A DNA stretch of 64,000 nt. Origin: Tricharina praecox (taxonomy: Eukaryota). Below the pieces are notes generated by a model, which was not told where the DNA came from, did no database searches, and saw only the letters and a program-made list of their open reading frames with translations. The stretch spans positions 2,728,001 through 2,792,000 of the forward strand of contig NW_026250403.1 of assembly GCF_024521635.1 (NCBI RefSeq), in the 5' to 3' direction. Below, piece by piece: positions 33,593-44,104 of the stretch. Position 1 is the first letter of the stretch; each line of letters begins with the position of its first letter. Made by a program: the position numbers and the translations under genes.

Positions 33593-35745
33593 ATGGCATC
33601 CACGACCGCATCGCGAAAACCTTCGCTGAGCAACGTCAATCGGCGCTCACAGCCTCCCTCCGCCGGCCGCCAGTCTCCCGCAGCATCCGCCGGCCGTCAG
33701 TCTCCTGCGCCGTCGTTGGCGGGCTCGCCGATCCAGAACGCAACCGGTATGTCGCGTCGCAACACGATCCGCGAAGGCGGACACCGGCCCACAAGCAGTG
33801 TCGGCTCCAACCTCGGATCGCCCCTGAGTGCGCGCTCTGCCGTTAGGGGGCGACCCCTGTCGAACGACGACACGGAGCTCGAGAACGCCGCCATCTTGGA
33901 GGACCTCCGGACCAGGCTGTCGAAGAGCGAGTCTGCTGCTGAGGTCGCGGCTGCTCAGTACGCGCTGCAGATGAAGGCGCTGCAGCAGAGGCTTGACGAG
34001 ACTCAGGCCGATTATGCCCGGATCGAGGAACAGATGCACTCCAAGGACGAGAGTGCAGAGACCTTGGAAATGCAGATCAAGGATCTGACACGGAGCAAAA
34101 GGGATCAGGAGAATATCTACGAGGCCGAGGTCAGCTTCCGCTGTTGGTTGGGGGGGCAATCGCAATTTGATTGCATGTAGCTGACGCGTTTTGTGGTGCG
34201 TTAGAGGATCGCAGCTCAACAGGAGAAGGAGGAGCTTCTGGATCGAGAGGAGGAGCTCAACACGATCATCCAGAGACTCAAAGATTCGCTGACACAGCGG
34301 CAAGGTACGCCGGACAAGGAGCGAAACTGTTCGTGAGCTCAGAGCGCATAATGGCGTTGGACCGTTGATGTTTGTTGCTAACTTTCGACTCTCTAGCGGA
34401 TTCGAACAACGGTGATGATTCGGTGCCCTTTGCGCCCTCAACGCCCTCGGCGGTTCCCCAGAACATCCTGCTCTTGCAGAAGGATAAGCTCATTGAATCA
34501 CTACGGCTCGAACTCGCCGAGGCTCAGATCCGGCTCGCCGAAGCCGACCACATGGGAGGTACCAAGCTGCACCAACTCGAGCAGCAGCTCTTGGAGGTTC
34601 GCATGACCAACGCACGCCTCATGGAGGACAACGAGAGCTTCCAGCTGCTCCTGTCTTCGGCGGCGCTGAATGGCGATTTCCCTCGTGGCGATTACCTGTC
34701 GAACGCCTTCTCCGACCCCGAGCCAGAAGTCGACGTTAGGGAAGCCGTCAAGAAGGTCCCGGGGTCCCCTAGGAGGAACTCACTCGGATTGAACCTCGCC
34801 GAAGAGCTCGGAGACGCCGAGACCGAGATTGAAGACGATAAGGAGAAGGAGGACGCTGAACGGATTAGGAAACTGGAGGGCGAACTCAAGACTCTTCGGG
34901 ACACGAACAAGGCCATGTCTCTCTACATCAGCGGCATCATCGAGCGTATCCTGCAGAGCAAGGACTCGGAGGCGATCTTGGACAAGACCACTGCCTTCAG
35001 CTCGAGCTCGTCGATCGCTTCTGCCGACACCGGGAAGCCGCTGCCGCCACAGCCCGTGGAGGAGATGCGCACTGGTATCCTGCAGAGGACCAAGTCCCTC
35101 GCTCAACGCAAGGCGCCGCCGCCATTCAGGCCCGAGAACATGGCCGGTCTGCAGAGGTCGCAATCTCACCGTTCGCCGACCGGACGTGGACACGCGCGTT
35201 CCAAGTCTGATGCAGGAAATGGCGGATCCGTCGTTAACCACCTCTACCGCGGAGAAGGCATGATTACACCGCGTGCGAGCACCTTTTACGGTGGATCTAC
35301 GGGAGACCACTACACGCGTAGCACCAGGACGAGAGACAGTAGCGCTTCGGTGGACTCGGGCGTGTCGGATACCGACGCGTCGTCCATCTCCTCTCCCCCA
35401 TCATCCCACCCGTCCACTCCCATCATTGCGGGCAATAAGCTTAGGCCGCTTACCCTTGTTCAAAAGAACGTGAGCAACGGAATGATGAGTCCTCCGCTGG
35501 GCCGCAAGATCTCGGGAGACTACATGGATGGCGATGATGGCCGGTTCGAAAGACGATCGAGCAAACGTTCAAGCTGGTTAGTACCTTCCTGGAACCGGCG
35601 AACGAGCAGCTCCCTCGCTACGGACGAACAAGATACTGATTTTCTTTTTTCCAGGATGGGTAATTGGTTCAACCGCGCCAAGGAAGATGGCCTTGCCATG
35701 CCCGTGGCGGAGAGCGTCGTGTTTGAGGGCAAGGATGTCGAATAA
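33593..35745 (+). CDS. Fungal coiled-coil protein with a FIP-RBD-like motif, exons 33593-34129, 34205-34304 (or -34328), 34397-35576, 35655-35745
   Basis: In-frame canonical introns (GTCAGC..TAG, GTACGC or GTTCGT..TAG, GTTAGT..CAG). Long heptad-rich segments (KDKLIESLRLELAEAQI; LMEDNESFQLLL) and C-terminal SSWMGNWF. Confidence 0.88.
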
Positions 35746-38700
35746 GCACGCTCTCCTTACTCGAGCCTGAGATGTCCTTCTGTCCGCGTTTTTTTCTTTC
35801 ATGCTACCCGGTGGACACTTTGACTTTGACGTTGGCACCACTCGCCCACGCCAGGATGGCTGCAGTACCTTAATCTTGTCTTGCTCATTTTTCTTTCTTA
35901 TTCCTTGCCTACTTCTCTCTGCTTTTGCATTTTACCAAACTGATGATACGACGAAAACGACCGAACGACCGAAACGGAATGGGATGGATGGATGGATGGA
36001 TGGGACAGAGGTATATCTCTGCACAACATGTATTTTTTGCTTGCTTGCTTGCTTTCGTCTTCTCTTCTCCCTCTCTCTTTTACACAGTGTATGGTATTAA
36101 ACCCGATACCTCTTACGTTTCCCTCCACCTCTCTCTCTCGATCCTTGACTCAATAGATTAGTTTCTCTTCTTTCTTTTTCCCTTGTCTTGTTTATTACTT
36201 TCTATCTCTCTCCCTCTCTATGTACTAATGGTACTTGGTTTCTTTTTCTTTTTTGGTGGCTGGTTTTGTGTGGTCTGGGGGTGGTGTCTCGCCTTCACGG
36301 GATATCACTCGGCTACTCAGTAGGTTTTAGAAGTATATAACTTTGAAGTTATTATGATGAGGTGTTATGTGTCTAGCCATGATCTATGATTCAGAGTAGT
36401 GAGATCGAAGCATGAATGCATTGATGATTCAACAGAAAAGGTTATTACCTATAGGTGAGGTGCGTAGGGATGTCGCATTCCCGTGTATGTGAAGGTGCAT
36501 TCCTTGTTTCGTTTTCGTCCGTTCCCAGTGGTATTGAAGTCCCCATCGGCGGAGTATGTATGATAAGCAAAGGAGTGTATCAGCGGGAAAGGAGAGGGAG
36601 GGGGTTTGTGTACCGGGCGACGGCAAGGTTCCTCGGAGGGAGAGGAATGATTGACTAGACTGTAGAAGACCGGAACTGCGCCTCGGAGAGTCGGAGTGAG
36701 ATCTCAGCCATGACATCCCGAAGTGCCCGGTGACCCGCTCGGTCGGTCGGTCGACGGTCGACGGTGGCAGCCGAAGTCCGTGGAGGGTTTGCAGTCTGCA
36801 GCCTGGAGCCTGCGGGACGTATGTATATTGTAGAGGCGAGTGGGGCCCGGGGGAAGGAAGAATATAGTTCTTGTTGCGGCCCTGGGGGCGCGCGGGGGTT
36901 CGGAGTAGAGTAGAAGGGACGGTTATACATAGTACCTAGAACTACCTATACACATACAACCTAGGTCCTAGGGACTCAGGGAGACCCTCTGAGTCTCGGA
37001 CTCCGTCCTCGGCGGAGCTGCCGGGGCACTGGGCTGGCCGTTGGCCGGAGGCAGGAGGCAAGACGTCAGCGGCCGGGAGTAGGCTTCTCGAGTTCTCGGA
37101 GCTAGCTTCGAAATCCCAACACACCGAATCCGTAAACTGCCCAACTCCCAAATCGCGCAACAATGAGAGCTTCAATCGAATCCAGCAGCCGTTAGGTTCC
37201 TTGACTTTGAGTTGCCATTCACGGCTGTCTCATTTGCTCTTTCTTGACCTGGAAGTAAATGACAACCGTGAAGAGACCTCTAGCAGCGAGGGAGACAGCG
37301 AGGGAGAAAGCGATGAACCAGATGATATCGGTAATCGTATACGGCGAACTTCTCTGTCCGCGTGTTTGTATATATGTGTGTGTAAGCACATTCCCAGGTA
37401 CATACAAACAACCGTCAAAACCTCCTTGCGCTGCCTCCATGCGCTGCCTCCATGCGCTGATTACATACGGTGGTCCATGGATGATCCATCCCGATTCCCA
37501 CCGTCGCATTAACGATCTCATACTGGTACCGGCTCGCACACGTCGCCGTCAGGCAAGGCAAGGCCACGGCAGGCTAACTACAGGCTATGGACGGCCGGAC
37601 AAGGCGCGCTTACTGCAACTACCGGACACAGGCCAGGCAAGGCCACGAATGGGGGATGGGGGGTGGAGTGCGTATGCTTCCACATGACCGGGAGATACTT
37701 ACTCTACAGGTACGGTGACGGATGGGGGGGGGGGGTGTGCTGAGTGAGCCGCGATGGAGAGGGGAGGGGAGAGAAGGTGATCACTCGGTAATCACTGGGT
37801 ACCTACCCTATGTACCTACCTCTGGATTACTTATGTACCATGGTACCTCTGTAAGTACGAGTACATGAGTTGATACCCTTTGTCAGCGCTGGGTACCAAC
37901 GTAGGTATCGTCCCGACTCCCCGAATTTCCGGTGATGGAGCCTCAGGTCGAGGTCGAGGACGAGAACTGTAATAATGATCTCATACTATAGAATAGGCAC
38001 GAGCAGTCTATTGCTTAAGCCAAAGTGAGCATGTTGGCTAATCCAGCTGCTGTTCCCTGGGTATCAAATGTAGGTATCACGATCCATCAAGCAGCTACCG
38101 CCACAGCCACAGAACTACAGAACCACAGAACCACAGAACCAGAACCCGATCCCACGGGCAACAAACCGCGAAACCCGCCCACGCCATAGGAACATTGAAA
38201 CATTGAAACATGTAAACGCAGCATCCCCAGCCCAGCCCAGCGCAAAACTACAGAGCGCCGGTAGCAAACGCACACCACTGCCTCCACGACTGGGCAGCTT
38301 AGGCCCACTCCTAACTGCAACTGCGACACGGCTCAAACCGCCGTAACGGGATCTACTACAGCCTACTAACTAGTCCTCTATATCCCGCCCTTTCTAGTAG
38401 TAGCTACTCCTCCGGTGTCAGTTGTGTCAGTTGTGTCAGTTGTGACTCAGTCTCGTCTCGGTCCCTTTTCCTCTTTGGACTCCGCGCCTCGCCTCCCCCG
38501 CCGCCTTAAGCTCTCCGCCTTAAGCTTTAAGCTCTCAGACCCCCGTGCATAAACCCATAAATGCATATAAGTATAGTGCCCGCAAAAGCTGGGCATGGCG
38601 GTGCGCCTGGGATTTTCTTGATCGGGGTGATGCTTGAATGTCATTTAGCTCTTGTCCGGGCGATGTGGAGGTGGTGTCGAGCGGGATTTTGAGGTTGCTT

Positions 38701-39242
38701 TGTTGGTTGCGGTTGTCAGCGGGGATGGAGCTTCATGCGAGGTCACAGCCAGCTCTGGGAGACTGGAACATCAATGCTCTTACTCTCGAGTGCCGGCCAT
38801 GACAAAATGATTGAGCCCTCTCCTTCCCCTCTCTGGTGGGTAGGTACACGTCACTGATGGATTTATTCGCTGCGGGGTGGTTTGTCAGGCCACTCCTGAC
38901 CGGAATTTCATTAGATTCGTGTGTTCGTTCGTGTGTGTTCGTTCGTGTGTTCGTTCAAGCAGACCATTATCTAGAAGAACATCAAACAATCATAATTGGA
39001 AGAGAAAGAAGAAAAAAAAATACGCCGTATGGTGTGATATAATACCCCCAAAAAGCAAAGCAAAAATGACACAAAAATGACCGTGTAGGTAGAAGGAAAA
39101 GCAAGAATGCAAGAAAGTATGTAAGCAAGTGCGAAACACCAAACACCCCACCACCATCATTAAACAGACAGACAGACAGACAAAGCCAAAGCCAAAGAAA
39201 AGAAAACGACATCAAATGGACATGAAGTAGAGTGAGATCAAA

Positions 39243-40391
39243 CTATATCGCCCTTCCCGGAGTCCCGGCATCGGGACTAGTAGGCACCGGTTTCCTAGGG
39301 ATGACATTTGTCCTCTTCGCAGAAGCAGTGGACTGGCTGGTACTGCGTCTTCTGGCCGCCGTGAATGGGCTCTCTCCCTCGATAGGGCTGACGTCGGAAT
39401 CGGGCGGGAAGGTTAGCGATAGCCGCGGGCTCACGTGGGTGAGCGATAGTGCTGAGGGATTGCGTTGGTGGTGTGGCTTCTGGTGGAGGTGGGATGGGTC
39501 TGGCACGGCGAGCCTGGTGGCGGTCGAGCCGGCAAACGGGAAGGGGGGGATTGTGGACGGCGAGGAGGTGGTGGTGTCTGTGGGTCAGTGTGTTAGTACA
39601 AAGCAGAGATACAATGTAGGATGGGATGGCATACCAGTTTCGTCTCCGGGCGTACGAGGCAATTGCATTTCCGAGTCCGACGCAGTCAGTGCGCGGGTCT
39701 TCTTCTCCACCGCATGATTCTGCTTGGACTTTTTCCGCATAAACCAAGCGATTCCCGCGATAAACGCCAGGGCGACGATCACGCCCGCGATTGCTCCGGC
39801 GACGGTGGAGGTCGGCGTTCCATGGTGCACATCTTCCTCGTCCTCTTGGGAGTCTGCCGAGGTCGTCTGCCAGACTGTTGTTGTTGCTGCCGTGACGGCG
39901 ACCGCGGTGATGGGACTCCCAGAGGTGCGGGTCAACGTCGTCGTCGTGGGATCACCTGTGTAGCTGGTTTCTTTGATGGTCGTGCTAACGGTGACTGCCT
40001 CAAAGAGGTCGGCGACCGACTCCTGGCGGCCCTTGAGAGCCCGGCCGTTAATCTTGGAGGTAGTAGTAGTAGTAGTGGACGACTCCTCATCGGTTTCGGC
40101 CGGTAGAGAGGTGGTGAATGCCGTGACCGTGCTCCAAGATGTGGACGTCGATGTCCTCGGACTGACAACGGTCGTTCGGGTCCTCGTCGACCGGGCAAAT
40201 GTGAAGCTCGTTACCGTCACCGTGGTGGTATCGATCATATTCGCAGGAATGCAATGAATTCCATCGGCCTCCGTTACTCGGCAGACCTCGTCCTGCGTGC
40301 ATTCGTCGCAACCGGAGTTTTGTCGACCGAGAAGCTGTCCCCACACGCCGGTCGTGGCCACGAGACCCGTGATCAAGGATCGCAATCGCAT
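39243..40391 (-). CDS. Type I membrane protein: signal peptide, 4-Cys module, Ser/Thr-rich stalk, TM helix and cytoplasmic tail (Mid2/Wsc-like architecture); exons 40391-39635 and 39577-39243
   Basis: Signal MRLRSLITGLVATTGVWG, Cys module CDECTQDEVC...HC, TM VAGAIAGVIVALAFIAGIAWFM followed by RKKSK. The intron GTATGC...ACTAAC...CAG joins in frame to ORF 39243-39506. Confidence 0.85.
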
Positions 40392-41593
40392 CGTTATCTG
40401 TATCGTTGTTGGAATCCTTTCATGTGTCGATGTATGTAGACACTTTACTGGTCGGCGAGAGGTAAAGTGTACGAAATCAGAATGAGGGCGGGAATCCCGA
40501 GTTTTATGTGACAAAGCCAGCGTCGGCCGACTCAGCTCACTGGCAACCCCCCCTCATAGACGCAGAGGTGGAGTATGTACATAGATCCGGGTTTGCTAGT
40601 CGTCAATCAGCCGGACCACCGCCTTGTGAGTTGTGATGTGGAGTTAGCCGGAGTGGGAACCAAGACACACGACACTGGTGGGCTGTGGTTCGTCGACGAG
40701 GATATTATTAGAACACCGAAGGCCTTGCGACGAAGGAACTTGTCTGACGCACGCAGCGCAGAGTGCTTGTATACGTAGAGACCGCTGCTTGTCAGTATTT
40801 GTATGCAGAGTGGCCTTGTACGTTACACGGGCAATAAGGGCCTAGCACCGACCTACAGCGATCTTCGCTGTGGATGGGCACTGCCTTGTCAGATACGGGT
40901 CGTAGACAAAGAAGCGGTACTGGCCGGAACGATGGTGCAGTAGTACTATCATGGAGAATCTGCCACTCAAGTACCCACGAGGGACAAAAATGTGCGACCG
41001 CTGGAGCACCACATCAACGTCTATTCCCGTCACGTATTTTTGTCGCTCGCAAGTAACTGCTTCCTTAGGTAAGTACTTACTTAGCAGACGGTGAGAGTGT
41101 ACCATTGCTAGTAGGAGGGACCCTTTGGTTACTTGGTGATGTCCATTGACCAGTCTCTATTTCTATATATGTGAATAGTACAACGTATGAGGCGCAAGCC
41201 CGCACTACGCCCACCTGGGGCGCGCTTAACCGAGGGCAGAGAAGCGAGTGAGCGATAATGAATAGTCCGTACGGTGGACAACCGTTATATTCACTCTAGG
41301 TATCTCGAGCTTCACTTCACCATTGCCCCTCCGCGTCAATCACCGTGACGGCTGCGAGCCAGCCCTGTGCCAAGTCCACAGTTGGCGGCCCAACAATTCT
41401 CCACCGAGTGTCAGTCCGTCCATTGCTCGCCCGAAACGGCGCAGTCTTCTGAGATCTAGGCCGAAATCCGCCCTGCCTCATCCGGTCCGGACTTCCTATC
41501 GACAGCTCTGGCAACATCTGACGAACTTCAATCCCCGATAGCCATTGGGGGGAACTCATGCCACTCGTATCTCGTGTTGCTTTATGTACCTTC

Positions 41594-42391
41594 CTAGATT
41601 CCAAAAAGCGACTGGCCGACAAGGCCGCTCGCACCGCACTTCGGATTCAACTCACTGCTTCGATCACGGAGACGCCCGAGGTGCTTCGGGCAGATCAGCA
41701 CTTTAGTCGCGGATCCGCTTTGCCCATCTACAAGGGGGAAGTACGCATAAACAGGTCCAGCGAGTATTAAAGAAGGTCCGCGCTGGCACGTGTGCCTGTC
41801 AAGAAGAGAAGATCATCGGCAAGATGCAGCAGGTGAGAACGGAGGATTTCCTCTGTTGCTCACCTGATATTAATAGTTGCTGAGTATGGATACAGTACGG
41901 GTGCGGCGACATGAAAGTAACGTGTGGCTTGGGAGCACGGAAAGGCGGCGTGTGATGATGTAGTTGGTGGGTTGGTGGAAATTATGTAAGTACCTCGGTG
42001 CTTCGCTTTTGGTTGCGTTCGGTTTGGTTTGGTTGCCGTCCGTTGTTTTTCGGTTTCAACTCTTCTCGTCAGGCTGGTTTTAGTATTTCGGTATGTGGCA
42101 TTGGTGTGGCTGGTGGGTACATCGCGCAACATAGCGAGGTACTCCTGATTTCCCGGATGTGCGCCAAGGATATCAAGATCGCTGCAGAATGCTGCAGTTT
42201 TTGGACGGGGTATGTTAGAAGTACTCAAGGAAGCACCCTATGCAAATAGAGTACTTACTCGGCTTAGCTGTCATGCTGGTTCGGAATACAGCAAGGCGGG
42301 GGAAAGTCGCTGGGAATACGGACGTTGAAACCTCTAGGCACTTTATTGTTTCTGGACATGAGCACGACTGCCGTCCTGTGCAGTCCCACAT
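41594..42391 (-). CDS. Candidate 3-exon orphan gene (~220 aa), exons 42391-42259, 42191-41864, 41795-41594
   Basis: Two canonical-looking introns (GTAAGT..TTCTAAC..CAG, 67 nt; GTGAGC..TTGACAG, 68 nt) preserve one frame from ATG to TAG. No recognisable domain. Confidence 0.4.
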
Positions 42392-42843
42392 TGTGCCATC
42401 TGGAGGTGTGGGGCGAGGGCGGAGCGAGGTGGACCCAGAGACAGAAAATTCTTAATCGGAGACGGTAGCTGAAACGTGAAAGTGATGTAAGCTGGCTGTA
42501 GTTGGTGGTTGCCGACTTTCATGCGGCTGGATGCATGAGCACTTCACGTCTCGACCGCATCAAGCATTGGACGCAGCAATCGATTCTCAGTGGTGGCGGC
42601 GGGGGTGATACAACTCCGGTATTCTAACTGGTACGGAGAACGTGGGCCGCGTGGAACAGCCACTGAAGAGTGAGGGACAGAGATATATGTGTGCATGATT
42701 CTGCATTTATTGTCCAGCCATAAATGCCCCATCTTCTAACTGCAAATCCCGCAAGCCAAAGAACGGAGAGCAGCAAACAGTAAAGAATTCGGCAGATGAA
42801 ACCGTTTGTCCCATAGCCGTGGTTCTCTTTGCGCTTGATGCAT

Positions 42844-43450
42844 CTAGGGCGACGACTTCGCCCCTTCTTCCTCCGACACTTCCTCCTCAGCTTTCTCTTC
42901 ATCTTTCGTCTCCTCTTCGGGCTCCTCAGCCTTCACGGCCTTAATGGGCTCGTCGCTGTAGACCGGTCTAGGGAGCTCGATGCCGCTCTCTCTGAGGGTG
43001 GCTTCGAGCTGAGGCAGGACCGACACGAGGGCTGATATTTGCTGGACGCTGAGAGCGATTCCCTGGCTTTTATTAGATCCACAGCCCGCGGTATAATGAT
43101 GTGGGGTTTGTCATCAAACCTTCTTTCCTGGCAACGTCATGTTATCTTTCTCGAAGTATTCGCGGATGCCGATTAAGGTTTTGCCTTTGTATTCGCTCAC
43201 CGTCATGCGGCGAAGACGGCCACCGAGCTACAATCAATCGTCAGCAACGGGAAGATCGCCATTGGAATGGTGGCCGCCAACAAACCTCCCAATAGGCATT
43301 TCCATCTACATCAGTGTACTGCTTTCCGGTCTCTCCCTGCGCCGACTTCTTCTTGGGTGTAGACTTCGCACGTTTCGCACCAGACTCTGCTTCTTCAGCT
43401 CCACTGTCTTCCTTGAGCTTGGCCGCACTGCGCTTCTGCCCTGGAGGCAT
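42844..43450 (-). CDS. SUB1: RNA polymerase II transcriptional coactivator PC4/Sub1, exons 43450-43286, 43227-43120, 43062-42844
   Basis: The spliced product gives DGNAYWE|LGGRLRRMTVSEYKGKTLIGIREYFEKDNMTLPGKK|GIALSVQQISAL, the PC4 ssDNA-binding signature. The tail is acidic. Confidence 0.93.
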
Positions 43451-44104
43451 CTCGTCGGTTGTGGGGATTTCGGTGGAGTTGGCGGTTATTGTGGTGGTAG
43501 TGTAAGGCGACTTGCTCTGTGGGGGGTTCTGGTTATTAGTATCAGGGGGGACGCGACGGGGCGCGTGCGTCATTGATGACGGAGAGAAGTAGCAAGAGAC
43601 ACTGACAACTCTACCATCACACCAATTCACTCGGGATGATTTCTTTCCTGCACTCGCGAAGAGTCCGAGACTTCCATTGCTGTGCCATATCAATTAGTCG
43701 CTGCTCGTTTGCCCTGCTAATGTAGAAGCCGTGTTGTCCACACTTGCCTACTTCGCTGAAGAATACATCTCGGTAAAGTAAAAGAGGCACGGACTGAGGA
43801 AAACATTTTCGGTCACCGTTGCTGATCGGAACTTGTAGGTGAGCAGCTATGAGTCGGAGTGATGGTGGCTAGGGGGACGTGCTTAGTTGCTATGTTCTCG
43901 CCTGCGGGGTGAAGCGGCGCCTGAACAGAGCCGCGAAAAACGTTAAGGAAAACTCCATACACCGTACCCCACATATTTGCAGAAACACCCCACCTCGACG
44001 AGAAGCTATAATTTTCTTCAACAACCAGAGATACTGCGCCATCAATCCCACACCCTTAGATACGATCCAGAAATTCTACACCTGCCGAGGGCCGGCATTC
44101 AACG

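Noticed and set aside
36429..37539. Minus-strand ORF pieces including a TM-like segment (IIWFIAFSLAVSLAARGLFTVVIYF)
   Set aside because: The frames are broken by TGA and TAA stops. Introns or TAG-type A-to-I recoding do not rescue them. It may be a pseudogene but that cannot be supported.
41069..41080. Palindrome GTAAGTACTTAC giving perfect splice donors on both strands
   Set aside because: No associated exons or acceptors were identified, and GTAC-centred palindromes are frequent here.
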